Shown piece by piece: positions 41,749 through 52,188 of a stretch of 64,000 nucleotides of DNA (positions are counted from its first letter, which is position 1; each line of letters begins with the position of its first letter). The stretch covers positions 1 through 64,000 of the IMG/VR virus record IMGVR_UViG_3300020385_000005; one strand, given 5' to 3'. The stretch is from a virus. The notes under the pieces are model-generated. The model was not told where the DNA came from. It did no database searches and saw only the letters and a program-made list of their open reading frames with translations. The translations under genes and the position numbers were made by a program.

Positions 41749-43095
41749 ATGGCTATTAGTCGATTCCAAAGTGCATTCAAAGTTAGAACGGATATGATGG
41801 ATAACATCACTCCTAATAACACCGTTCAAATGAATGCTTCAGTCCCCGCAGGCGAATGGAAGCCTGCAGCATGGTTGCCAACTATTTGGCAGAACGAAGC
41901 ATCAAAAGATCTCTTCGTTATTTCTTCAGGTAAAGTTGTATCACTAGATGCTTCTGGCCGAGTAGTACCTTCAGGTCTTTTGAAAAGACTTGCAACAGCT
42001 GCTCATGGTGCCACTATTATTTCATATGATCAAAGCGATGTAGACGCCAAGGTTATGGACATTAGAACTGGTAAACCTGTACTAAAGGCAGCTATTGGTA
42101 ATGTAGATTCTAAAACTTTTTGTCAAGGCGTACTAGATCTTGGTTGGGTTATTAGTGCTCTAGATCCTGCTGTTGGTGGTGGCAGTAGTGCCAACTGTCA
42201 AGCAATTGGTCGTCAGTTCATTTCAGCACCTGTTGGTATTGCAGCTTATGATGTTTATGTATGGGCTGGTGATGATCCAGCTAACCTACATTTTACTAAT
42301 TATCAGAAGCAACATTTGATTCAGTTCTTTACTGATATTCAGATGCGTGTAGCACATGTATGTGAGCCTACTGCTTCAAATATATTTGCAGCAACTAAAA
42401 AAGCAGGCGCTGCTTTGCAAGCTTTGAGCCGATATAGTGACTACGACTTGTCTGATGTCATGGCTTATGAGTATACAGGAAAGCTTGCGAGCAACACTAG
42501 TAGAACTCCAGTTAGTCTGGAGATTGCTGCAGCTGGTGCATTTGCAAGCAGTAGAGAGCGTAGTGATCTTAGTCTCGTAGTTAGAGCAGGCGACTGGTAT
42601 GTAGACGCTGATGCAGGTAGAATTTTCTTCTATCTTGCTGGCGGTGCAGCTAATAATCCCGTTGATTCTAACGGTGCCGCACTTGCAGTTTTGACTGCTT
42701 TCGATTATAGCGCAACCGAATCTGCATCTGAGAAAATGATGCACCTTGTAGGTAATGCGAAAGCTGGTGACTTTGTTACTTTTGATAAAAACAGTAACTT
42801 CATCGTTCGTGATATGGCTGCTGCTGAAGACAATGTTGATGCCTCTGAAGGTGCTGTAGAAGCTGCGCTTGCAGCAGTTCGCGATGAGCATGAATGGACT
42901 GTTGGTCGTGTACTTGCATTCCAGAAAGAGCCTCGTGGTCTTCTTGAAAGAGTTCGTACTGGTTGGAGTGGTTCTGAATTTGGTGCTGATGCACAAATGC
43001 CTGGATCTGCCACTAAAGGCTTTTCTGATTTAATTACTCTTTCTACTGAAGTAATTGCAGACGAAATTGCAATTGTTAACGTTAAGATCCAATAA
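41749..43095 (+). CDS. abundant head protein (decoration or second capsid protein, putative, 448 aa)
   Basis: AGGAG RBS and the same biased codon usage as the capsid gene. Position is immediately upstream of the major capsid gene. Confidence 0.35.
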   Translation: MAISRFQSAFKVRTDMMDNITPNNTVQMNASVPAGEWKPAAWLPTIWQNEASKDLFVISSGKVVSLDASGRVVPSGLLKRLATAAHGATIISYDQSDVDAKVMDIRTGKPVLKAAIGNVDSKTFCQGVLDLGWVISALDPAVGGGSSANCQAIGRQFISAPVGIAAYDVYVWAGDDPANLHFTNYQKQHLIQFFTDIQMRVAHVCEPTASNIFAATKKAGAALQALSRYSDYDLSDVMAYEYTGKLASNTSRTPVSLEIAAAGAFASSRERSDLSLVVRAGDWYVDADAGRIFFYLAGGAANNPVDSNGAALAVLTAFDYSATESASEKMMHLVGNAKAGDFVTFDKNSNFIVRDMAAAEDNVDASEGAVEAALAAVRDEHEWTVGRVLAFQKEPRGLLERVRTGWSGSEFGADAQMPGSATKGFSDLITLSTEVIADEIAIVNVKIQ

Positions 43096-43121
43096 TTATA
43101 TTAGCATAAAGGAAATTTATC

Positions 43122-44465
43122 ATGGCATTTAAAATGACCGATGGAACGCGCTTGGAGCTTCCAAACAATAAAAAAGCTGCTGCACGTTATGTAGCAGATA
43201 TGATTTCAAATAGAGGTAGTCTTCCTGATTCTGAGGAGATGGTAACTTGGAATGAGTTTGTAAATGTAATCTCTCCCAAGAACCGTGACGCAATCTCTTC
43301 TTCTGAGATTTCACCTCTGCTTCAGCAGTCAATGGAGATTCTCATTCGTGAGCCTGTAGAGCCACGCATGGTTATCACTCCTCTCTTTACTCGAGTACAA
43401 GCTCGTGGACTTAACACTCAGATTCTTGCTGGTGCGATGGGTGCAGTTTATGCAGCTGACGTACAAGAGTCAGGTACTTACCCTGAGGTTAACTTCCAGA
43501 TGGGTGGCGCTGTTTCAACTGCATTCATTGGTAAGAGCGGTATTGCTGCTTCTTTCACTGATGAGGCACTTCGCTATAGCACCTTCGACATCATGGCTAA
43601 AAACCTTGAGCTCATGGGTAACGCAATGGTACGTCACAAAGAGCAAAAAGCTGTTGCATTCCTTAAGCAACTAGGTACTTCTCTCTTTGATAACCTTCAG
43701 CCTTCTAGTTCACTTTATGGTGTTTGCTCTGGTAGAGCTGTTCAAGAATCTAATGGTGTAGGAGTACTCAAAGCTAATGGTTCTCTTACTATGGAAAACC
43801 TTATGCGTGGTATGGCACATATGAGTGAAGAAGGATTTAGCCCTGACACACTCCTTATGCACCCACTTTTCTACTACACCTTTATTCAGGATCCTGTACT
43901 TAAGACCATGATGCTTGCTCATGGTGGTGGTTCAATCTTTAATCCTTATACTGGTGATCCAGGTCCTCGCGATCCTTATAGCAATGGTGCTCTTGGTGCA
44001 CGTGGCCCTTCACGTGGCACTAGCATTGTGAATCCTCGTGGTATTGGAACTTCTGGCCAGGGTACTGGCGGTAGCGCTACTTCTGTTGAAGGTCGTAGTC
44101 AGCTTGCTACTTCTGCACCTAAGCTTCCTTCTTACTTCCCATTTGGTTTCCAAATCATTGTATCTCCACTCTGTCCTTACGATCCTGAGAGTGAGACTGG
44201 TGATATCTTCCTTCTTTCAAGTGGTAACATTGGTTTCCATCTTGTAGATGAGGACGCTACTACTGTTGAGTGGCGCGATGAGGGTACTGAGACTGTTAAA
44301 GTTAAGATTCGTGAGCGTTATGGTTTTGCTGTAGCTCATGAGGGTCAAGGCGTTGGCGTATTTAAGAACGTTAAACGTGCTGTTAACGAGTATGATGGTG
44401 CAGTTAATGCGAAAGTTGCTGATCTTCTAGATATTGAAGAGTCTGACGTAAAGGCTAATCTCTAA
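43122..44465 (+). CDS. major capsid protein (HK97-fold type, putative, 447 aa)
   Basis: Position after protease/scaffold, strongly biased codon usage, and a strong terminator following. Sequence pattern (EP..V.TPLF...G.YPE......G....IGKSGIA..FTDEAL) is typical of HK97-like capsids by eye. Confidence 0.55.
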   Translation: MAFKMTDGTRLELPNNKKAAARYVADMISNRGSLPDSEEMVTWNEFVNVISPKNRDAISSSEISPLLQQSMEILIREPVEPRMVITPLFTRVQARGLNTQILAGAMGAVYAADVQESGTYPEVNFQMGGAVSTAFIGKSGIAASFTDEALRYSTFDIMAKNLELMGNAMVRHKEQKAVAFLKQLGTSLFDNLQPSSSLYGVCSGRAVQESNGVGVLKANGSLTMENLMRGMAHMSEEGFSPDTLLMHPLFYYTFIQDPVLKTMMLAHGGGSIFNPYTGDPGPRDPYSNGALGARGPSRGTSIVNPRGIGTSGQGTGGSATSVEGRSQLATSAPKLPSYFPFGFQIIVSPLCPYDPESETGDIFLLSSGNIGFHLVDEDATTVEWRDEGTETVKVKIRERYGFAVAHEGQGVGVFKNVKRAVNEYDGAVNAKVADLLDIEESDVKANL

Positions 44466-44503
44466 GAGATAGTTTACTAACGTAAGCAACTTCCTGTATA
44501 AAA

Positions 44504-44540
44504 GGGGGAGGGAGGCGAAAGCTTCTCTTCCCCTTTTTCA
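44504..44540 (+). terminator. strong intrinsic terminator after the capsid gene
   Basis: A 12-bp stem GGGGGAGGGAGG/CUUCUCUUCCCC (three G-U pairs), loop CGAAAG, followed by UUUUUCAUUU. Confidence 0.75.
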
Positions 44541-44555
44541 TTTCAGGAGTACAGG

Positions 44556-44762
44556 ATGGGTTTATTTAAAACTGAACCAACAGAATTAGAAATCCTTATT
44601 AAGGAAAGCTTTAATTCAGAGCATAAAGAAGAGTATAATTTTGAAATAGAAACAGAAGGTAGCTTTGTAGAGATAAAATTACCTATAGTTCAAGAAATTG
44701 CATCAGAAGGAGATAGTAATGGCGATAACGTTCCAAATGAATCAAAGTTACCCAACGAATAA
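44556..44762 (+). CDS. small acidic protein (68 aa)
   Basis: AGGAG lies 6 nt upstream. The 3' end overlaps the next gene by 44 nt. Confidence 0.45.
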   Translation: MGLFKTEPTELEILIKESFNSEHKEEYNFEIETEGSFVEIKLPIVQEIASEGDSNGDNVPNESKLPNE

Positions 44763-45915
44763 TGAAACTCAATTTCCTATTGGACAAGAGATAGTATTAG
44801 TCTTTGATAGGCCTTTAGATTTTAAAGCTGCAAAAGAAAGTATCGTAATCTATGGGCCGGATTTTGATACAACATCAGGTCCAGATAATGGCTTGTGGAT
44901 AAACCCTTCTAGTGGCAATAATCCATTCTTTTTAAATTCACCAAATTTAAAAGGTTACGTTGATTGTAACTTTGATACGTATGTAGTTAACAACTTAAAT
45001 GAATTAAAAGTTTTAGATTCACAAAAAGTATTAGAAAAAGTTGGTGGCAATAATTATTCAGTATTAGTAGTGACTCCAAAGGAGCCTTTAAAAACTGATA
45101 CTAAATATAAAATATTTATTTGTGGACAAAACTTAGATAATCTCACTAACGTTCCAACCGCATTACAAGACTATAATCAAAGTAATGCAATCACAGAACA
45201 AACCATATATGATCCTTATACATTAGAAAATAATGTAAAGACCAGTACAGATAAAGTTAGATCTTTTGGAACATTTGAACCTAAGAATAATGAAGATGCT
45301 GTTAAATTAAATATTAAAATAGTTACTGGGGGTAATGGATCCGCAGCTAAGTATGTGTGGTGGTTTGATGGAGAAGATGAGCCGAATAATGCAGCTCATG
45401 TATTGTGGGATAGGAGACTAAGTAGATGCGTTCAAAGATGGCGCTCAACAGATAGAGGCGTACTAGTTAAATTTGAATTGGCTGATTATGCTCAAGGTGA
45501 AGTTTTTATCGTCGAATGCGAAAAGAAAACTCTGCTTGCACAATCATATGTAATAGATTTTGACACTGGAACCAATGCAATATTTGAATATCCTGAATAT
45601 ACTTCAACCAGTCCAATTGCTCCTGATGGCTTGTTAATACCTAATTTACAAAACGACCCAGTTGCAGAAAAATTAGAATTAGTATCTTTAGATCCAGCGG
45701 ATGGCGAAATAAATGTAAGATTAGATTTAAATAAAATAATTATTAAATTCAATAAGAATATTGATATTACTACCGCTACACAAGAAAACATAATTCTAGA
45801 ATCGCATCCTGTTAGTGGCGTGTTTGATGGACCAAATGGAACGAGATCGAATCGTCCTGAAAAAGTTTATAAAATCATCTCTGTATCAAATGATACTATA
45901 ACTTTAGAAATATAA
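44719..45915 (+). CDS. Ig-like-domain protein (398 aa), head decoration/fibre candidate
   Basis: Trimmed to ATG 44719 (AGGAGA upstream). N- and C-terminal segments follow the SbsA/Big-type pattern (P.DGE.NV....I.I.F...ID.......I.L). Confidence 0.4.
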   Translation: MAITFQMNQSYPTNNETQFPIGQEIVLVFDRPLDFKAAKESIVIYGPDFDTTSGPDNGLWINPSSGNNPFFLNSPNLKGYVDCNFDTYVVNNLNELKVLDSQKVLEKVGGNNYSVLVVTPKEPLKTDTKYKIFICGQNLDNLTNVPTALQDYNQSNAITEQTIYDPYTLENNVKTSTDKVRSFGTFEPKNNEDAVKLNIKIVTGGNGSAAKYVWWFDGEDEPNNAAHVLWDRRLSRCVQRWRSTDRGVLVKFELADYAQGEVFIVECEKKTLLAQSYVIDFDTGTNAIFEYPEYTSTSPIAPDGLLIPNLQNDPVAEKLELVSLDPADGEINVRLDLNKIIIKFNKNIDITTATQENIILESHPVSGVFDGPNGTRSNRPEKVYKIISVSNDTITLEI

Positions 45916-45927
45916 TTGGAGGCTTTT

Positions 45928-46992
45928 ATGAGTTGTTCAGATAACGATAATAGTTGTGCAGAGCCGACTAGTATTCCGAGAAAAGTTAAAAAAGTAAAGT
46001 GCAACAGAGAATGTTCAGCAATAAACTCTGCCATTAAATTAAAAATGCTTTTTACTGATACTTGCGGCAATCCAGTAGATGTACAAGGTGCAACCATAAC
46101 TTTCAAGGATCCTACTGGTTTAGATGTGGATCCTGGACTTCAAATATCTAAAATTGATACAGGCTATTATTATGCCGAATACACGCCGAATGTAGCTGGT
46201 GTTTGGAAAGATTTATGGACTGTAAGTATTTTGGGGGAAAATATTACTTTTGAAGGCAGCTTTGAAGTAATAAGTGGTGGCGAAGTTAAGCAAACAAAAT
46301 GTGGATTAGATTTCAATAGTTTGATCTTAATCCAATTAAAAGGATTGAAAGACGTAGATGGAAATGAATTATTAAAAGATTATAAATTATTTTTTACTAC
46401 TGAATACAATCCACTCTATGCGTCAGTAGAAATGTTAAAAATGGAGATGGGTAGTTGGATAAATAATGTATCAGACGATACCATTGCGCTCTCTATCCAC
46501 TGGTCCTCACTAGAGGCAAATAATATTACTGGTTTGAAACCTAAATCTGAAAGATACTATTTTGCTAGAACAAGATACGTAATGTACGATGCTGCACTTC
46601 GCTTATTCAGTATGCCTTCAAGAAGCGTAGGGAGTGATGGCAAGCAAAAACAATTGGGAGATCTTTTAATTGAAAATAATAATAGTTTAGATTATGACTT
46701 AAAAGATTTAGTAAAAGAACTAAAATTAGAAAGAGATGAATGGTGGCGTGTAGTTAATGCAGGAGGTTGTATTGTCAATGGTCAAGGTCTTGGACCTTCT
46801 TTTGCACAAAAAGGTAGAGCTGTAAAAGATTATCAAAATTCTAGAGAATGGCATGATCCATGGGTTGAAGGATACGTTCAGCCTAGCCAAAATTCTAAAT
46901 ATAGAGTTTTTGGTGAAAACAAATACAAGCATGGGTTTACTCCATTCAGTGATCTCGAATATACCCGAGTTAAAAGGAACGGACGAAGATGA
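45928..46992 (+). CDS. hypothetical head-tail region protein (354 aa)
   Basis: The ORF-track start at 45916 is TTG; ATG 45928 has GGAGG upstream. The N-terminal part looks Ig-like. Confidence 0.5.
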   Translation: MSCSDNDNSCAEPTSIPRKVKKVKCNRECSAINSAIKLKMLFTDTCGNPVDVQGATITFKDPTGLDVDPGLQISKIDTGYYYAEYTPNVAGVWKDLWTVSILGENITFEGSFEVISGGEVKQTKCGLDFNSLILIQLKGLKDVDGNELLKDYKLFFTTEYNPLYASVEMLKMEMGSWINNVSDDTIALSIHWSSLEANNITGLKPKSERYYFARTRYVMYDAALRLFSMPSRSVGSDGKQKQLGDLLIENNNSLDYDLKDLVKELKLERDEWWRVVNAGGCIVNGQGLGPSFAQKGRAVKDYQNSREWHDPWVEGYVQPSQNSKYRVFGENKYKHGFTPFSDLEYTRVKRNGRR

Positions 46993-47540
46993 GTATTCGT
47001 AACTTTGACAAAACAAGTAATTGTGAAATCGATCTTAGAAAAGAATTCGATGATATTGTTTTTGGCATTGGAGGATGCAAAGCGCATAACCATTTAATAT
47101 TGATACGTGAAGCACGAAAAACAAGTGAAGGTAAATTAATACGTTGTGCGTGCGTCTCTAAACTTACTGATGAGCCTGACAAGGAGAATCAGTGTAAGTA
47201 TTGTTTAGGAGAAAAATATATATGGGATGAGCGATTTTCTCGTTGTTACTCTAGTTTAGTCGGTGCTGATGGTGGTAAAGGAAATAGAACTAAAAGAATA
47301 TTTCCTGGGGAAATAAGAACTGATTATAAAGTGTTTTATTTAAGATATGATGAAAAAATCTCTTATAGAGATAAAATAATTGACTTGTCTCTTGATATTG
47401 AAGGAAACCTGTTAGTACCATACAAAAGAGAAACAATTTACAAACCAGAGACAATACAAAAATATCGAGCTGATAATGGTCGTATTGAATATGTTGCCGT
47501 TTATTGTAGAGAAGAAAATTCTATAAGAGAGAATATCTAA
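46989..47540 (+). CDS. hypothetical head-tail region protein (183 aa)
   Basis: ATGA overlap with the upstream gene; Cys pairs (CACV...CKYC). Confidence 0.5.
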   Translation: MSIRNFDKTSNCEIDLRKEFDDIVFGIGGCKAHNHLILIREARKTSEGKLIRCACVSKLTDEPDKENQCKYCLGEKYIWDERFSRCYSSLVGADGGKGNRTKRIFPGEIRTDYKVFYLRYDEKISYRDKIIDLSLDIEGNLLVPYKRETIYKPETIQKYRADNGRIEYVAVYCREENSIRENI

Positions 47541-48278
47541 ATGCATGATTATCGTAACAATGATCAAGTCTTAATTCACGTTGTAGACGGAGCTGGTAGG
47601 ATTTCATCTGAAACACTAGCACCTCAAGATTTTGTATTTAGGAATCCATATAATATTAATCTAGATAGAGTATTTATGGAGAATACGGCGCCACTAACTT
47701 TAGATGGCTTCTTTGAAATAGCTCAAAAATTAATTAAAGATTCTCAAGAAAAAGCTGAAGTAAATGATGATGCAACTGTCAATTTAGTTGAAGAATATCC
47801 ACCTGAGAATATGGATGAATTTGGCAACGAAGTTATAACTTTCCGAGTTATTGAAAGAAAACCAGGTATGATGAATACTAAGGGTACTGATCGACCGCAT
47901 CGAAAAGCTACTTATTCTCATCAAGAAATTCGTCCAAATATGCCAAATAAAATAATCACCGTAGAGTCTAGGCCAGTAGACCATATAATAGAATTTAATT
48001 GCTGGGCAACTTCTAACAAGATTGCTAATAAGCGAGCAATTTGGTTAGAAAAATTATTTATTAATTCTGCGTTTGCATTCGAATTAAAGGGCGCTGAAAG
48101 GTTCTTCTGGAAAGAACGTTTGGCTGATAATTATATGAATATAAATGGACAGAGAGTTTTCTCTCGGCCGATTAGGTTTTTTTTAAGATTTAGAGAATTT
48201 GATGCTAAAGCATATGCAATAATAAGACAAGCACTTATTGATTTGAAAATACTACCTCCAAAACAGCAAATAACTTAA
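47541..48278 (+). CDS. hypothetical head-tail region protein (245 aa)
   Basis: Directly abuts the previous stop and precedes the sheath-like gene. Confidence 0.5.
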   Translation: MHDYRNNDQVLIHVVDGAGRISSETLAPQDFVFRNPYNINLDRVFMENTAPLTLDGFFEIAQKLIKDSQEKAEVNDDATVNLVEEYPPENMDEFGNEVITFRVIERKPGMMNTKGTDRPHRKATYSHQEIRPNMPNKIITVESRPVDHIIEFNCWATSNKIANKRAIWLEKLFINSAFAFELKGAERFFWKERLADNYMNINGQRVFSRPIRFFLRFREFDAKAYAIIRQALIDLKILPPKQQIT

Positions 48279-48292
48279 ATAGGAGTTATCAC

Positions 48293-51220
48293 ATGGCATA
48301 CGAGAACTATATCTATAGTAACATTGCAGGTGAAATGACCGCCACCTACAATGATAATAATATGAGACAGTCAGCAGAAAGTAGCCCTGCTACTGGACCG
48401 GGTCTCTTAATGACTGCAACTGCTGCATCAGGTCTAGATGGTTTAGGCTATCGAAGTGCAGCAGCAGCTGTAGCTACACAAGATGCAGCTAGAGAGTTTA
48501 ATGTAAACAGCGATCTTACAAAAGTTTTAGCAGCAGCTAAATCCATTTCAGGTGATGCGCGCCCATTAACCGTAATGAGAATTGGTGCTAAGCCTTTTCA
48601 TATGTCTCTTGAGAAAAATACTGCAGGTATGCACGAAAAGGAGTCTTGGATTACGATTACTCCTTATATGACACGTGAAGCAAATGCTGAAGAGGGGTTC
48701 CAGTCAACTCAAGATCAGCTAGGTTTGATTTTGATGCCCTTCAAAGAAGGCAACCTTATTAGACAGCGTGTTCTAATTTATAATAGTATTACTGCAAGAC
48801 CACTTTTTGATAGTGAAGGTTTACTTGTAAGTAGTGATGCAGAGGCAATCTTTGATGTAGAGATTAATGTTCCTGCAGGCTTTTTCTTGTATACGCCTGC
48901 TACTTTTGAATCGACTGCTATAAGCAGTCCTGCGACTCAGGATGAAATTGCTGCATTGGCAGCAGTAAAAGCTGGAATGCAAACATCTAGCTCCTTGAAT
49001 TTAAATGGAGCTGTAAGTAGTTCTGGTACTGTAACAGTAAACGGATTTTTGACTGGAATCAATGTTATCGATGAGTTTGCATTGACGAACCAGTCTATTC
49101 AAGATTTTAACACTGCAAATCCAGGAAGTGAATTTTCTCTTGAGAGAATTGGAGGTCTCAACGGAGATCATATCACTCAATGTGAACGATATGCAGCCAA
49201 TGAAATTGCTTATGAAGAGCTAGAGTTTGAAAACATTTCATTCTTGCACTGTGATAAATGTTTCGCAGATACCGCTCCAGTAGAACTTACGAATGATATG
49301 CCTCTAAATCTTCAAGCAAGCTGGCAACAACATTACCTCGGCTACATGTGGAAATATATCTTTAATGGTCGTCCGCATGTTTTTATGGCTGGTAGAAAAA
49401 ATCCTTTTTCTGATAGCAACGTAGCAGCTAGTTACATTTACGATGGAATTCAGTATGATCTATCTGCAGCTCAGCGCAAACTAGGTGATACATTAAATCT
49501 TGTAGAATTTCATTTGCATCCAAAATTCCAAACAGGCGTTACGGATGTAGAATCATTCTTTAACAAAAAAGGAATGATTGAGTGTCATGTAACGTTTGAT
49601 TGTGATCCTGCCGACGCTACTGATGTGCACGGCAGAACACGAGCTCAATTTGAAGCTTTGGGTCCTTTCTTTGATGGCGGGGATGCTGGAGTGAATGATG
49701 ATGTTACATTCTTACCAGAAGTGGACCATGATGCTTACCTCGCTGCAGGATTCATAGAAGTTTCTGGCACGATTATAGTAGAAACTCCTTTTGCAAAACT
49801 CACTTTGGACGTAACGCGTTTTGATGCTCAGGATCAGTATGGCAGAACTCAAGGCGAATGGCTTTTAATTGGAGCATATAACGACAATAATGGTGTTGAT
49901 GCTGTTACTGAATTGGATGCAGTTGCTCACGCAGCATACATGCCACAAGCCAATGGTGGTACTGGAAGCTTTACACCAGTAGATGCGGAGCATACAGTTA
50001 GACTGCGTGCTTCTACAGTTGGTGGAAGTCGTGCTTTGAGCCTTTACTGCTTGAATAATCCTGATCGTGTTGAGTTGGATCCATTCTTCATGACTCATAC
50101 CCAACTTACTGGTGGGTTAGTTCCTGAAGCTGTAATGGAAAGAATCTTGACCTTTACTGATCCAGTTTACAATGGTAGCGTGATAGCTCCTGGTAGTTCT
50201 GGAAGTGCTAGTTTAGTCGCAACCAACACTGAGGTTCGAGAAGTCTCTTTCTTGCATCAATCAGCTACTGCTGCTTTCAGAGCGTCTACTAACTATTCGC
50301 AAACAATTGCAATCGTTCCTACGAGCGCACCTTCACCAAGTAGAAATGGCATTTCCGCTTGGGCAGGAAATCCTGCTGAGTATCAGGTACAAAGCAACGG
50401 CGATGTAACAGTAACTAAAAATGGTACAGGAGTGCTTGGTACTAAATTGTTGGCGGGTGCTGTAGGGTATAGAGGTTCCGCTGCTTTTGGTGGAGTCATT
50501 CTAACTAATGGTGATTTGCTTCCAAATGGACTCCCCTATGGGATCGACGATAGTGATGAAGCGTTAGACAGCATGGGTAATCCTATTGATTTAGGAAAGC
50601 ATGTAGTAGTTGTGGGTGCATATGGTTTGATTAATAATCCTAAGAATTTGATTTCGACAAGTGGGCGACGAATTAATGTTGGATCAGCAATGCCTTACAG
50701 AGCTAATGCAGGGCCTATGATCGCAGGGTTGCTTTCAACGCTAGAGCCTGGAACTGAACCTATTGGTCCGATTAGAGGTCGTATTGCAGGTTTCAATGCT
50801 CAGCAAAGAACTCCAAGAGTAGTTTTAGATAATTTAGCAGCATTAAGAGTTTGTATGATCGATCAAACAGGTGTAATCGCTTCAATCTACACTGCAGCAC
50901 TTAGAACTTCAGACTACACTAAGATCTCTTCGATCTTATCTGCTAATGAAGTGTTAAGAGTGCTCAGAGGAGAGTGCATGACAGTTATTGGTACCGCATA
51001 TACTGATGCACAAATTTCATCTCTTGCGAGTCGCTTAGATGGAGTAGGAAGATCTTTGGTAGCAAATGGTTATGCACAGCAAATTAGAACCCAGCTTAGA
51101 GGTTCGCAACTTGATAGAATTAACGGTATCGTTAGACTTTCTGTAACGTTTATACCGCCGCTTTCTATTGAAGCTATTACCATTGATCTTACTCTTGAGC
51201 CACCAGCAAGTGGCATTTAA
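48293..51220 (+). CDS. tail sheath-like protein (975 aa, putative)
   Basis: Biased codon usage, position immediately upstream of the tube-family genes, and a C-terminal region (...QTGVIASIYTAALRTSDYTKISSILSANEVLRVLR...) with a sheath C-domain-like pattern. Confidence 0.45.
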   Translation: MAYENYIYSNIAGEMTATYNDNNMRQSAESSPATGPGLLMTATAASGLDGLGYRSAAAAVATQDAAREFNVNSDLTKVLAAAKSISGDARPLTVMRIGAKPFHMSLEKNTAGMHEKESWITITPYMTREANAEEGFQSTQDQLGLILMPFKEGNLIRQRVLIYNSITARPLFDSEGLLVSSDAEAIFDVEINVPAGFFLYTPATFESTAISSPATQDEIAALAAVKAGMQTSSSLNLNGAVSSSGTVTVNGFLTGINVIDEFALTNQSIQDFNTANPGSEFSLERIGGLNGDHITQCERYAANEIAYEELEFENISFLHCDKCFADTAPVELTNDMPLNLQASWQQHYLGYMWKYIFNGRPHVFMAGRKNPFSDSNVAASYIYDGIQYDLSAAQRKLGDTLNLVEFHLHPKFQTGVTDVESFFNKKGMIECHVTFDCDPADATDVHGRTRAQFEALGPFFDGGDAGVNDDVTFLPEVDHDAYLAAGFIEVSGTIIVETPFAKLTLDVTRFDAQDQYGRTQGEWLLIGAYNDNNGVDAVTELDAVAHAAYMPQANGGTGSFTPVDAEHTVRLRASTVGGSRALSLYCLNNPDRVELDPFFMTHTQLTGGLVPEAVMERILTFTDPVYNGSVIAPGSSGSASLVATNTEVREVSFLHQSATAAFRASTNYSQTIAIVPTSAPSPSRNGISAWAGNPAEYQVQSNGDVTVTKNGTGVLGTKLLAGAVGYRGSAAFGGVILTNGDLLPNGLPYGIDDSDEALDSMGNPIDLGKHVVVVGAYGLINNPKNLISTSGRRINVGSAMPYRANAGPMIAGLLSTLEPGTEPIGPIRGRIAGFNAQQRTPRVVLDNLAALRVCMIDQTGVIASIYTAALRTSDYTKISSILSANEVLRVLRGECMTVIGTAYTDAQISSLASRLDGVGRSLVANGYAQQIRTQLRGSQLDRINGIVRLSVTFIPPLSIEAITIDLTLEPPASGI

Positions 51221-51244
51221 TAAAAATATTAAGGAGATAATAAT

Positions 51245-52159
51245 ATGGCAACTTCATTAGATTTAAGTAGAACTTATACATCTTATTCAGGTGTAGATAT
51301 TCGAGTTATTATTAACGGTGCGCAAGCTGGTAGCATGCAAGCACTCTCTTATGCCATTCAGCGTGAGAAGGCACCTATTTACGTTATGGGCTCAGTTGAC
51401 CCTGTATCTTATTCTCGTGGTAAGCGTGGTATTGCTGGTACTATGATTTCACTTATGATGGACGTGCATATGCTTTACACTCCATCATTTACTGGAGAGC
51501 GTGCTCTTCTTGATGCAGACGAGATCTTCCCTAGTTATGAGGGTGGCACTCCTGCTTCTACTTCTGGTGCAGCTGGGGTTATTAACAACATACTTGGGAC
51601 AAGTTTTGGCGCCAGTAGTGGTGGAAATGCAGGAGCACTTAATAATGCAAACAATGAAACGTCTACGGTTCAACTGAATCAAGTCGGCGGAGGTACTTTT
51701 GGAAGAACCTTGAGAAATCTTCCTGGGACAGGGGCTCCAAATGGACCAAGCTTCAGTGGCGGGGCAACACAACGTTTCAATCCGACAAGAGAATATGAGT
51801 TAGATAATCTAGGTAATAATTACAAAGTAGCCAAAGTCTTTTATGTAGATCAGATTTTGCCATTTGACGTGACTATTGTTGCAGCAAATGAGTATGGTCA
51901 ATCTGCGCAAATGCGACTTTACGGTTGTGAAATCTTGAATGAAGGTTCAGGTTTCTCTATTGATGATATTGTGATTGAAAACCAGATGACTTATGTTTGC
52001 AGAACGATTTTGCCGTGGAGAAGTTTCGAGTTACAAGATTCTGAGAAGGCGAGCATGAGAGATAAACTTTACAATGGTGAAAAAACTGATAAAGTAAGGG
52101 CTGCGCAGCCAGGTAAAGCAGCCGCTGATGGTGTTTCTAGGTTCTCTTATAACGACTAA
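51245..52159 (+). CDS. tail tube-family protein, paralogue 1 (304 aa)
   Basis: AAGGAG RBS. YSGVDIRVIINGAQAGSMQALSYAIQREKAPIYVMGSVDPVSYSRGKRGIAGT is a tube/Hcp-like N-terminal pattern. Gly/Ser/Asn-rich insert. Confidence 0.5.
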   Translation: MATSLDLSRTYTSYSGVDIRVIINGAQAGSMQALSYAIQREKAPIYVMGSVDPVSYSRGKRGIAGTMISLMMDVHMLYTPSFTGERALLDADEIFPSYEGGTPASTSGAAGVINNILGTSFGASSGGNAGALNNANNETSTVQLNQVGGGTFGRTLRNLPGTGAPNGPSFSGGATQRFNPTREYELDNLGNNYKVAKVFYVDQILPFDVTIVAANEYGQSAQMRLYGCEILNEGSGFSIDDIVIENQMTYVCRTILPWRSFELQDSEKASMRDKLYNGEKTDKVRAAQPGKAAADGVSRFSYND

Positions 52160-52188
52160 GTAAAAATATAAACCTAGATTACTCTGAA

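Noticed and set aside
42376-43013. Minus-strand ORFs of 64-206 aa inside the 448-aa head gene, with similar antisense ORFs in the capsid, sheath and tube genes.
   Set aside because: They are by-products of strong codon bias that depletes antisense stops, and they have no RBS.
44556-44762. Frameshift fusion of the 68-aa ORF with the Ig-like protein.
   Set aside because: The downstream frame is +1 relative to the upstream one, and it has its own good RBS and ATG at 44719. Ordinary overlap is the simpler explanation.
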